Of a DNA stretch of 64,000 nt, positions 10,475 through 22,800 are shown in pieces. Both the position numbers and the translations under genes were made by a program. The stretch is from Zootoca vivipara (Eukaryota), in assembly GCF_963506605.1 (NCBI RefSeq), contig NC_083284.1, positions 28,458,001 through 28,522,000 of the forward strand, written 5' to 3'. How positions within the stretch are numbered: position 1 is the first letter of the stretch; every line of letters begins with the position of its first letter. The notes beneath the pieces are model-generated. The model searched no databases. It saw only the letters and a list, made by a program, of their open reading frames with translations, and was not told the DNA's origin.

Positions 10475-11517
10475 ATCCTATGAATTGACCAAACAGTCAA
10501 AAAGGAACTGCAAAAATGTAGTAAACAAGAAACTCGCATGAAGGGAGGGGGGGAAGTCGTAGCTCGGCAGAGCAAAATGTTAGATGAAAATTTATAATGT
10601 TGTGTATAAAAGAATGTTTTTTTTTATTATTTTAATCGGATAAATTGGAAATTGAATAAAAATTATTTAAAAAAAAAAAAATCAAGAGATCATACCAGCA
10701 CCTCAGAATGCATAAGCTTGTTCGTAAGTATCCCCACATGAAAATCTTCCTGCATGCGGAAAACTAAGGCAAAGTTTCCACAAATGAAGTGGTAAACCTC
10801 TATCTGTTCTGTACCAGTTCAGAATGCAGATTGCAGATGGCTGTCATGATTGAATATTATAAGATTATATTTTAAACTTTAACAGCACAATCGTAGGCAT
10901 ATCTACTCAGAAACAGGTCTCACAGAATTCAATGGGCCTTACTTGCACCCTAAGCATTTTTAATTTCTGTTTGCATGTTAATAATTTATTAGCTATATGA
11001 AGAAAAAAATAAGTTAAAATGTATTAATAAGCCTATGATTACAAATGAAGAAAAGTTTATTTTCAGACTAGCTCCCTTTGAAAATAAAAATGAGGATTTC
11101 AGGAGCACTACTTTGCTTCTTTTCTTTAAATGCCGAGAATTTTAATCTGGAAAGCATGTGTCTAAGTATTAAAATAAAAGGCAGATTTAAAACTTTTCCT
11201 TGGAGCAATAAAACGGATGTTCAATTAGTAATAATCCATAATCTTGTTTAAATTTCCAGGTTTAGAAGGGGGGGGGTGAACACCCCAGTTCTATAGACTT
11301 CATGTGCTTTTGCTTAAAGTTTTAAAGGATATCATTAAACATTAAAGATAACAACCATAACTAAAGAGCAATCAGTCAAAACATCAGATGCTGTCAGATT
11401 GTGTAGTCATTGGAGATGGAAATTATTGCAACATTGTCAGGAAACCTAGAACTTAGATCACTGGCAGAGCACGTGCATTGTATCTAGAAGGCTCTAAACT
11501 CAGACTCTAAGCTCAGA

Positions 11518-11566
11518 TGGGGTCACGAAGAGTCGGACATGACTAGACGACTAAACAACAACAACA
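11518..11566 (+). mobile_element. Extremely 5'-truncated BovB (RTE) 3' end
   Basis: TGGGGTCACGAAGAGTCGGACA...(CAA)n matches the 3' end of the BovB at 59105-60073; 9-bp TSD AAGCTCAGA (11509-11517, 11567-11575). Confidence 0.85.
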
Positions 11567-11819
11567 AAGCTCAGACTCCCAAATCTCAGTTTAAAAGATC
11601 ACGGCTATGAAGGCTTAGTGCTCTGCCTGTGCTAGATAGACCAATAGTCTGACTCGGGGCCAAACTAGACATGATGCTAGGTGTGTCATTAGAAAGACTA
11701 TCCGTTTTAAAAAGAATTAAAAGCAGCTGGGAATTTTTCTGCTATGATGCTGATGAATCCCCCACAATGCTGCTTATTAGCTGGGGAGATGCGTGAGAGA
11801 GAGAGACTAGTCGGATCTA

Positions 11820-12060
11820 TACGATACGTTTAAAGCACTCTTAAACCACTTCAACAGTCATGGCAGTAAAAAGTATACCATAGTAACCAAGTAAACTTGG
11901 GGGGGGGGAAGAGATGTAATTTGTTAAGGATGCTCAGAGTTATCAGCAGATCCCTCACAGAGCTACAATTCCCATCCACCTTAATAAACTACAGCTCCCA
12001 GGATACTTCATGGGAAGCCATTACTTTTAAAGGGGTGTGAGTGTGTTTTACACATTTGGT
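11820..12060. mobile_element. Degenerate palindromic MITE (same family as 54540-55432)
   Basis: Inverted arms ccacttcaacagtcatggc / gggaagccattacttttaaagggg; shared cacagagctacaattccc core. Confidence 0.55.
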
Positions 12061-12627
12061 GTGAATACGACCACCAACTAAAACCAAGGAGCAGTGTGGT
12101 ATGCTGATATAGTGAACATTTCAAAATAATTTACAATTCTTTAGTGTGTCCATGTATGAAAAGCAACCATGGAAAACATAAGATCCATGTGCATATATCT
12201 CTTGGGCTTTAAAACGAAAGAAAAAAGATGCACAGAATCCTGTCCTTCATAGCTCTCATGATACAACGAACTATGGCTTACTGGGACTGCATAGATATGG
12301 TAGCCCCGGAGAGAAGCTTGCCCTCCCTTTGCTCTTCTCCAGTCATTTAAGTACAGTGTATCACAGCAACTAAAGCAAGGTTTGGCTTAGCATCTTATAC
12401 AAAGCCAGGATCAACTATTTTATGATAAACATGTCAAACAGTCATCTATTCACTCAGACACTCAACGAGCAGGCTCTAGGTTGTGTTCTTGCTTGGTGTG
12501 AAGTGGAGGTGGTTTATTTGCATCACTGAAAACTCTTTGCAAGCTCCTCTTTTTTTTTGCAATGAAAGATCCATAAGGTGGCAAGAAATTACATAAAATC
12601 TCAGCGGATTATAAACAAGAAAGAAGA

Positions 12628-12863
12628 GTTTGGATTTGGTATCCCGCTTTATCACTACCCAAAGGAGTCTCAAAGCAGCTAACATTCTCCTTTCCCTTCC
12701 TCCCCCACAACAAACACTCTGTGAGGTGAGTGAGGCTGAGAGACTTCAAAGAAGTGTAACTAGCCCAAGGTCACCCAGCAGCTGCATGTGGAGGAGCAGA
12801 GATGCAAACCCGGTCCCCCAGATTAAGAGTCTACCGCTCTTAACCACTACACCACACTGGCTC
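12628..12863 (-). mobile_element. tRNA-derived MIR/CORE-like squamate SINE
   Basis: Minus strand begins gagccagtgtggtgtagtggttaagagc (A box); core gtgacttgggctagt..cagcctcactcacctcacag. Confidence 0.7.
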
Positions 12864-13183
12864 CCTGAAGACTTTCAGATTTTAGAAACAGAGTGTGTAA
12901 ACAACATGACGGGACTAAACTTGAAGGGTTCAAACAGACTTTTTGTCTCTGCTTTCTGTATTTGCAAATCACACATAACATGGCTACAAGGATTTCCAAT
13001 AGTGTTGTTTGTCACAGGCAATGAGGTACGTGACATTTCATCTTCTTATCTGACCATCAGTCATGATGTCTCAAACTTATTTAAACCATCATGCCACACA
13101 TGGCTTGAGTTAAATGACTGTGGAAATGCTCTGTTTTCTGTTTTAGAAACAAGGGTATTTGGATTAAATACGAAGGTTTGTTA

Positions 13184-13660
<477 letters not shown>

Positions 13661-15084
13661 TCAAGGCAGGGTTTACCAATGTTCTCCTATCCAGGCAATG
13701 ACCAGATCCAGACATGCTTCGCATCAGAAACGGTGCTGCACTGTGTCCCTTCAAACCATGACCTGGGTCTAAAAAAAATGTGGCCCAGGAAAAAGAACGT
13801 ACTGTCTTAGAAGATCAAAGAAGCACAGCATGTATGTCTGTCAAAGGCATATTTCTGTGGTCAAATGTTAATGTTCACTTCATACAAATGAGGGCCTCGT
13901 TCCCAGTAGGCTACTGATTGCATGGGAAAGATCCACACAATTGGCACAGTCCACATGGTTATAATAGACACACACACAGAGAGAGCCCTGCAATGAGCAA
14001 CTGTGCCACACTGAAACTATTCCCATGACACTGTCTCTGTGTGTGAAGGAGGCCAGAAAGGCTGGGGCATCTATGCTTTAATGTGACTGCGCACTTAAGA
14101 ACAAAAGAACACTAAGTTCTGCATCAAGCAGGGCAACTTCAAAGTACAGCTGCATGATGTTGTCTTAACAAGATATGAATATGACAATCCACCCCCCCCC
14201 CATACTCCTGGTGACAACAGTGCTGACTGGGGGGGGGACTTCTATAACGGTCACTTCATGGCCATTTTTTATGGATAGTCATTAATTGTATTCAAAAGTA
14301 CAGTATGTTTTCCTGACCTCACAGCTGTTCATCATTAGAGCCATCTGGGTGTCACCATCCAATTTAATTACCTCAACCCATTCTATTCATGTATCTTATT
14401 TAACTAAAAGCAGATCAGCTGGATTGCTCCTGCTGTGACTCCTGCTTCCTAACTTCTAGTTAGATGCCTTCAGTGGGTCATAGCCTACTGTATTCCCCCT
14501 CCTCGCAAAAATCAGGGCTATCATGCAAAACAAACAACGAAATGCAAAACATACAATATACCATTTCACTTTCATGCATGGCTGATAATATTACAGAACT
14601 TTCATCCCACATTTTCAAAAGCAAAAGGAAGTTGTATAATGCTGTGATACGACTGTTCTTTAAAAAGTTCATCAAAGGGAGTTTACCCTGATTACACCAC
14701 AATTCATCCCCTAGATTTTCAGTGCCACACATTTAACTGATTTTGGCAGCCACTGGGTTTCAGAAATAAAACTGCCTTGGCTGCCCTGCTGTATAATCCA
14801 TGTTTGGCATATGACAGAGCAATGTTGAATCCTCTCTATTCACTGGAATGTTTGGATGGATGTCAGTCCCTCTGACCATGGTATTCTTGTCTAGAATGAC
14901 CATGCTCCATTAGTTCCCCTCATACTTTGGCAGCGTTACTAAACTGTTAGTCTGATTTCCAGAATCCTTGAACCAGGCCTCAGCCATCTTATGATGTGGA
15001 GCCACATCATGAAAACTTTACATCCACACCATACATTTGAAGCAGTGTGATACCACTTTATGGGTCTTAGTAGATTAGCTATGT

Positions 15085-15620
15085 GGACCCAGGTGGCACT
15101 TTGGGTTAAACCACAGAGCCTAGGGCTTGCTGATCAGAAGGTCGGCGGTTCGAATCCCTGTGACGGGGTGAGCTCCCGTTGCTTGGTCCCAGCTCCTGCC
15201 AACCTAGCAGTTCGAAAGCACATCAAAGTGCAAGTAGATAAATAGGAACCGCTACAGCGGGAAGGTAAACGGCGTTTCCGTGTGCTGCTCTGGTTTGCCA
15301 GAAGCGGCTTTGTCATGCTGGCCACATGACCTGGAAGCTGTACTCCGGCTCCCTCGGCCAATAATGCGAGATGAGCGCGCAACCCCAGAGTCGGTCACGA
15401 CTGGACCTAATGGTCAGGGGTCCCCTTTACCTAACAACTGGGAAGCCATGACTGTTTCAAGTGGTATGATACTTATTTAAATGGTGTGAATGTAGCAAAA
15501 TAATAATAATTATGATATGGTTGCCTACTATAAATGAAGCGGATAATCCGGAGTGTTGCGCGCAACCCCAGAGTCGGTCACGACTGGACCTAATGGTCAG
15601 GGGTCCCTTTACCTTTACTT
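15085..15620 (+). mobile_element. Composite Sauria SINE: full SINE + 127 bp of foreign flank + second SINE 3' tail
   Basis: GGACCCAGGTGGC head, GGTTCGAATCC B box, (TTTACC) tail; 14-bp TSD TAGATTAGCTATGT (15071-15084, 15621-15634). Confidence 0.92.
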
Positions 15621-18600
15621 TAGATTAGCTATGTATGCTTTAACACTGCTGGGAATAAAGTCACCCGAAGAACCAAGGGTATGGGAAGAGTAGTGTACTT
15701 GTAAAATACGATTGCCTCTCTCTTTTCCCACTATCCCATCACCCTGCCTTAGCTCATTAACTCTGAATAAAAGGATTTGAGCAAATATTTTTTAACAAAG
15801 CCCGAAAGCTGTCCCAAGCGCTCCAATTTTCCCATTTCACATCTGTTTGAAACGTGACACTATCTCTTGTGACCCTTGATGTCACTAATCCATGCTGTCA
15901 TCCTTTGGACACTGCAGGAGCTGTTGGGACTCAAACATTTAATTAATCCAGTTGACATTTTAATGTTCTGAGGCTTTTTGCATTTCAAGGGGAAAGTTTG
16001 GAAAGATTCATAAGCAGATGACTGCTGACAGGGCAGTGCTGAGATTCCCGCCCCCCCCTTTCATTCTTTGTTTACAGAGAAGAGCTTTGCTTTAATGGGG
16101 TGGCTTTAGGGCTGATAAGAACGCTGTTCTCAATGTCCTTTGTAACCTTAGCATTTGTAGCTCTTGAAGAATATGGCTTGGATCTCGACTCACATGAGGA
16201 GGAACCATCTCAACCAACAACCCACTCCACTGCAGTCCCCTTACACAATATCCTACATAATTACAAAGGGTCTCCCAACCCCAAAATTCTGAGGGGCTGC
16301 AGGGGAAAGATGAAGGTGAGAATTCCCCATTCAATGAATGCGAAAGTTAGGATTCAAGAAACTGTCAGTAGATGCTGGTAGAGGGCGACACTGGCATCCG
16401 ATAACAAAATGTTATTCCTGCTTTGACCTGCATTGGATCATCCATCATATAGATGTGTCCTCATTCTTTTGTTGCTTAGCTCAGGATCCCATACAACAGA
16501 CAGTTTTAGCTCTTACAGCTAAATCATAGACCTCAGGATTAATTAGTGGATTAGTGAAATGCTGCTAAGACTGATGGAAGTGGTGTTTGTGTGTATATAT
16601 CAACTGCAAGTCTCTGTGTGTGTTTTTCTGGACACTGCTACATGTTGCTCAGCTTGGTCACAATTTGAATTCCTGCCACAGCTGCGGTGAAATGAAATTC
16701 ATCCTCCCAAGCAGCAATTAGCATTAGTGTCCCATTTTACACCAATGATATATTTTATTTTATTTTACTGCATCAGGAAACAAATTTTACAGAGACAGAA
16801 GCTGGGGAGAGAAGACTTAAACCCTCCACCCCAGCTCCCTGGTGAGCAGTATTTAAGTTTTAAAAACAGGCAAACAATGTGATTGCTCAGTTATCCAATT
16901 TATGAAGTACACAGAGATGCTTCAGAATAAGAATCTGTTGTGGTAGCACAGGATACAACAACTGCAGCCATAGGAATGCACAATGCTGACAATGAGAGCT
17001 GGAGATTTTTTTTTAAAAAAATGTTGGTTCCAGTTATTTTCAGTTTTCATAAGCAAAAGTTAACATTATTTCACAGTTGTTGAATATTTCTGCAGCTTAC
17101 TTTGTTATGGTTTGACAAAGGAGCTTTACAAAGAGCTTAAAATATTCCCTCATTTTTCAATCTCTATGTATAAGTAAGTACCATTAATTTCAGTGCTTTC
17201 AAAGCACTTTGAAATTACATTCTTAGGCCCATTTAAAATATGACTTTCAAGGTGCATAAACAATTCATTTATTTTTTAAAAAAACCAGATTTTTAACATT
17301 CCATTCCATTCCAACAATTGTCTGTTGTTGGATTTTTTAAAAACTGGGTTTTTAATTAAATCTCAGTACTAACATATTAAAATTTACACTTACATTGGTT
17401 TATAAAAATGTATCATGAGCACCCATCAGATTATCTTAAAATCCATTTAACCATTAAAAAAAAAATTTCATCATGGGAATAAATATCTAACAGGGCAATC
17501 CTATCAGACCCACATCACACTGACCAATGGCCAGGGCTGATTCAAGCTGTAATTCAACAAAACCAGGAGGGCACCATGTTGGCTAATCCATACATACAGG
17601 ATCAATCAATTGATGTGTTTTTATTTTTCACAAACCAAAATATGTTGTGAAATAAGTAATAAGCCAAAATTAACAGAAGTAGGCTTTGCATTGCCCACAA
17701 GCTGCATCTAGTCAGCCACGGCTTTTCCACTTCTGTATATTTCTCAAAGCATTATATGTGAATGAGCCCTTCGTGATCCTGCATGTGCCTGTTTATATAT
17801 TGGGAGTGGGAAGGAATTATGCAACACCTGAACAGACTGTGAAAATTCAAACCTTGTGGTATAATCCGAAATGGAGATTGTGTCTGTAACTCAGTTTTAT
17901 GCAGTTACATAAGAATTGGTTGTTTTCAACATGAAGATGTTTTGCATGCAATGATAAAGTTAGCCATGGCTTAGCATTATGACCACAAACTGCAGCAAGC
18001 TTTGGACTCATGTGTTCCCTGCCCATCCTCCAGGGCTGCCACAAAGTGTTCAGAAGCATCCAATCCCACTTTAGATCAACCACAGTTTAGCATCATGTCC
18101 AGCCTCCCAATGGTGCCTAAGCTTAACTGTCTTAAAACTATGGTTTGAAGTTGGCTTGTTTCAACAAACTACAGAATAAGGAAGATTCAGCACAGTTTGC
18201 CGGGTTCAGATGGCACTCGAAAATGGAAACAAAGGCTTCTAGATCTTCATGGCTGCGCCAGCGAAAGAGAGGTGAGAAGGAAGCACATGAACACTAGTCT
18301 TCCGCTTGTAAAACTGGTGGTGAGTCTGATAAAACAGATTTTCTTTATAGAACTGAAACAGATTGGGTTTCACCAGACTTCATCACTCCCACACTACATC
18401 GTTGCTGATAAAAAGAGAAATCCAGAATATCAATCCTGAATTCTGAATGTTTTAAATCAGAGTATATCCTAAATCAGATAACAGGAGGAAGAGAAGCATC
18501 AGCAATCCAGCACTACAGTACCAAACCACGACCACAGCCTATCTACAAAATCAAGGTAATTCTCCTGGGCAGGAGGTCATGGGAGGTGAAGGAGACGGGG

Positions 18601-20454
18601 CCATCTGGATCACACATTCAACACCCCCTGCCAGGTGATCAATAGAGCAGTCCAGAAAGGAAGCTGTAAGAGAGCTTTTCTAATCAGAGATAGTGTGAGG
18701 TGACGACAGCAGGCAATAACAAGTATGAATGGACAAAAGGTTAAGGTAACGGAGAACAGCAAAAGTTTGTTAGATACTTAGAGAATGCTGTACAAAAGTA
18801 TTCGTTTACACTTTTAGCTAATTTAGAAAAGTCAGCTGCAGCAATAGAGCTCTTGTTGCAATCACTGAAAATTTTACTTTGTCTGATTGCATAGGATAGA
18901 TGCTTATTTTATTTTATTTCTTGTCAGGAGAAAAACAACAACCCAACACTACACAAAGCTTTTCATTGAAGACAATAGCCGAGTTCTCACTGGCAAGTAG
19001 ACAAATCTGTACCAGTATGTTAGCGCTGCACATGCATGACTCAATGGCCTGTGCTTTCAATAAATTTATAATATAGTACAACCCAGCTATCCAAACAGAC
19101 CAAGAAACATCAAAAATAGGGGTGATGTTTTTCTAAGCTCACATAGGATATGAGAGATGCACTTTGTTGACAGATAGCCAAGTGATTGAAATAAATGAGG
19201 TTAGGAAAAGGGATTTTTGCCTATTTCGTTATGTAAACCTTTTGTTTATAAAATGTTCAGTGAAGAAACAAAACCAGAACATGCAAATAATGCTCAAATT
19301 TTGCAAACCAAATAGATATAAATTATCCAAATCAGCTCCAGTTCCATATTGAGCTTGAAATATATTCTGGCTCAGAAAACTGGGTTTGGGAGGGGAGAGC
19401 TTTCATGAATTTGCGAAGTACTGGCAGTTAGATAGATGTCTTAAAAAGAAACATCAGATGGTAGTATAACACTGAAATATTGAGTTATGGCAACAAACAA
19501 ACAAACGTAATGAATTCAACTGTAATACAATCCTGGTTCCATCTATGTATGGTTACTGTAATAGAAACAGCACTACATACTTGGGATGTCTTCAGGAAAT
19601 AAGTAAACTTGACAAAGCCACTTAACTATATTTCTTTGGAAATAAGTCACACTTTCTTTAGTAATACCTTCCCCCTTAGGACTCCAATTTATATTTTGGG
19701 GTACAATAAAAAAACAATTTAAGTTATATCTGACCCCATTGATTTCAAATGAATTTAGCATGTTTTCTTTGTTGGATTTGAGGTCCCCTGGGTTTTTAAT
19801 GGGATGGAATCAGTATTTCTGACCACCCCCTCTTAAAAAAAAACACAAAGGAAGGAAGGAAGATTAAAATCTGTGACCCCTGTGAACCCAGTGCTGGTTC
19901 TGTTTCCAGCTCCTCACAATATTCAACCTATTGGGTGTTGTAATTCATTTGATCTAAAGAAGTCACTAGCAATCTAGCCAAGCATCCTTTGAAAGAATGT
20001 GACTCTCTCATCCACTAGTAGCAAACCAACAGGAGGCTGACAGCTGCCTGAGACTTTACAGGTACTTTTGAAGATTTAACTGTCGCGGGGAGATAAAATA
20101 GACAATGATGTACAACCCCAAAGTGCTAGGAATGCAGAACTCTTTAACTTTGTGGCTTATTAGAATGAAAGTATTTTTTATAGACAACAGATTCTTTCTT
20201 TTAAAAGGAAAGAAAAATCACCCAAGTGTTTGTTATAAAGCGAGGCTGCAGTAAGATCAAGGAAATTTACTATGTGGCAGTGTCCAAGATGAAGGATACT
20301 GTGACTTTAGGGAACCCAGAAAAAATAAGAAGAAATGAGAATATTTACTATTGGAATCATTATTTATTAGATTTCTTGCCTGCCCATCACAGTGAAGTTC
20401 TAGGGCAGGTTACAATTTTAAAATACAATATTAAAATCAGTTTAAAACAAATTA

Positions 20455-20733
20455 CAGTGGTGCCTCGCTTAACGAATGCCCTGCTTAACGAAATTTCCGC
20501 TTAACGAAAGGATTTTTCGAGTGGAGGTTGCCTTGCTAGACGAATTCATTTTATGAAAAATTCGTCTAGCGAATCGCGGTTTCCCATAGGAATGCATTGA
20601 AATTCAATTAATGCTTTCCTATGGGCAAAAAAAAAAAAAATTCAATGCATTCCTATGGGATTCGCTAGACAAATTTTTCGTTATAAGAAAAGACCCATGG
20701 GACAAATTAAATTCGTCTAGCGAGGCACCACTG
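20455..20733. mobile_element. Tc1/mariner (Tigger-like) MITE
   Basis: TIRs CAGTGGTGCCTCGCT...AGCGAGGCACCACTG, flanked by TA on both sides; internal palindromes. Confidence 0.85.
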
Positions 20734-20929
20734 TAGAGTCAAAGACCACAGTAAAGAAGTCCGCCTTAAGCATACTACAAAAACTGCACAATGATGGGGA
20801 GAGGCAAATCCACTCCTTAGGGGCTGCCAGAGACAACAACTTATCCTGGACCACCAGTCCCCAAACTTCTGAAGGTGATGGAACTATCAAGAGGGCTGAC
20901 TCTGCTGGAACTCCAGCTACTAATGTGAT

Positions 20930-21120
20930 TTCTGCACTTCAGAATAGTTTCTGAATCTTGTTCAAGGGCAGTTTCCACGTGGAGTGCATTGCAGTAATCT
21001 AGTCTGTGAGTTACTAGAGTTGCCAAGTCATCTCTGCTCAAAAGAGGCCAAAGCTGGCGAACCAGCCAGTGAAGGAAATAGGCAATCCTAGGCACTGAGA
21101 CAATCTGAGTCCTCAATAGC
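20930..21120 (-). mobile_element. Degenerate L2-like LINE RT fragment
   Basis: Translates as LVRQLWPLLSRDDLATLVTHRLDYCNAL (SRLDYCN motif of L2). Confidence 0.65.
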
Positions 21121-21339
21121 AATGTTGCATCTCTTCTCCTGCAGTCAGTGTCAGAAATATTAAAGACTTTTTTATTTCAGTAGGATAAATTTACTCCTTT
21201 AAAATTTTGATCAAGTCAATAAGGATTCAGGACTGGAAGGAAATTGACCACACTATTGCCTATTTTGACCGGTGTCAGCTTTCCAAAACTCTTTCCGTTC
21301 CTTATTATACCATTCAGGAGAGTCAGGAAATAGTACCTG

Positions 21340-21600
21340 CTGCAGACTGCAGCCACATGTATTATGAGTGATAAGGCAAGAAATACTGGTAACACACCAA
21401 TGCTATGCGAACTTCACTGGCTGACTACTTACTACTGGGCTGCATTGAATGCATTCACTCCAACGTATAAAGTCCTGAACAATTTAGGACCCAAATACTT
21501 GATGGAGAACATCTCCCCTTATCTGTCCTGCAGGCCACAGGGGAAGCCCATCTCATGGTTCCTTCTGCAAACATTTCTTGTAAGATAGGGCCTTCTTGGT
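21340..21600 (+). mobile_element. Degenerate L2-like LINE fragment
   Basis: TPMLCELHWL...TYKVLNNLGPKYL matches the L2 C-terminal ITPVL..LHWLP..YKALNGLGP.YL motif. Confidence 0.6.
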
Positions 21601-22560
21601 GGTGACTTGTTCACTATGGAACTTGTTCACTATGGAGATAAGGATGCCACACTCACATACCAATGTCAGCTTATGATACATCTGCTGACACAAGTCTTTG
21701 GGTGAGGCTAGTGAATTAGCATGGTTATTTGCAGTGCTTCTACTTAATTGCTTTCTCCACTACCGCCCCAGTATGCTGATCGTATCAGTGGAATTTAACC
21801 ATTGTTGCTGATTTGATGTTTTCCTATGTTTGAAGTTTTCCTTTGTTTTTACAGTATTGGGTTTTATCTGGGATTTTTTTTGTGGAGACTGGTATGTAAA
21901 TTGAATTTAGAAATAATAATAATCATCAGTGCAACATATCAGTATATAAGGAGATTAATTAGCCAAGATGCAGAGTACATATCTAAGGTAGCTAACTGAG
22001 TTTTGAAGAGTCCAATCTCAAGTTTGTTCATCAGAAAAACAAGGAATTTGAGACTTCTTCGGTCATAACCCCTTGCAGATGATCTTGGGTCATTCACAAT
22101 TCACTTTGTTTCTCTATGAGAAACATTCTCTGCCTAACCAGGATAACAACTGTGTTATTGTTTACACAATTACTTATCAGCAAGGTGAGTCAAGGATTCT
22201 TTTTTGGGTTGCTTTCTTCACTTTGAACTCAATTAACTTGCCTCTGGGATAGACCCTGAATTGTGCAAACAACTCTGAGATTAAAGTGTGTTGGGGAGCA
22301 ACTTCTTATAAGATCCCCCTCTTGTAAACAAGACCTATGTTAGAAATAATAAAATATTAAATTTCACTTTCCTTACTAAAGCACATGTTAAGCATAAGGA
22401 CTGTTTGGAAATATATGAATTAAGGTCCTCCTAATACATCAATGCTACTTCATTTCTACTGCTGAATCCAGTTGAAGCATCTTCAAAACCCTCCATGACT
22501 CTGTCCTCCCTTATATCTATGCTTTTATATCTCAGTGCATCACTGCTCATGGTTATTATG

Positions 22561-22800
22561 CTAATAATAATAATAATAATGATGATAATAATAATAATAT
22601 TTATACTCTGCCCATCTGGCTGGGTTTTCCCACCCACTCTGGGTGGCTCACAGCATATATTGAAACATAATAAAACATCAAACATTGAAAACTTCCCTAA
22701 ACAGGGCTGCCTTCAGATGTCTTCAAAAAGTAAGATAGTTGTTTATTTCCTTGACACCTGAAGGGAGGGCACCATTACCAAGTAGGCCCTCTGCCTGGTT
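22561..22800 (-). mobile_element. L2-like LINE 3' end with (AAT)n tail
   Basis: gcccatctggctggg / cagggctgccttcagatgtctt block also seen at 26141-26380, 34485-34586 and 54990-55255. Confidence 0.65.

Larger units (their letters stand above)
4327..10681 (+). mobile_element. Full-length L1-clade LINE, antisense to PRDM5 in intron 14
   Basis: Perfect 15-bp TSD TCAAGAGATCATACC (4312-4326, 10682-10696); CpG-rich 5' UTR; two intact ORFs 34 nt apart; G-rich tract in 3' UTR; AATAAA 10655-10660; A13 tail. Confidence 0.97.

Noticed and set aside
15134-15382. Paralogous 82-aa ORF pair with 54640-54888
   Set aside because: Both are chance antisense frames of Sauria SINE copies.
16060-16530. Plus-strand acceptor-like site (ctttgtttacag) followed by short ORFs
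   Set aside because: No matching donor or protein similarity; cannot support an antisense exon.
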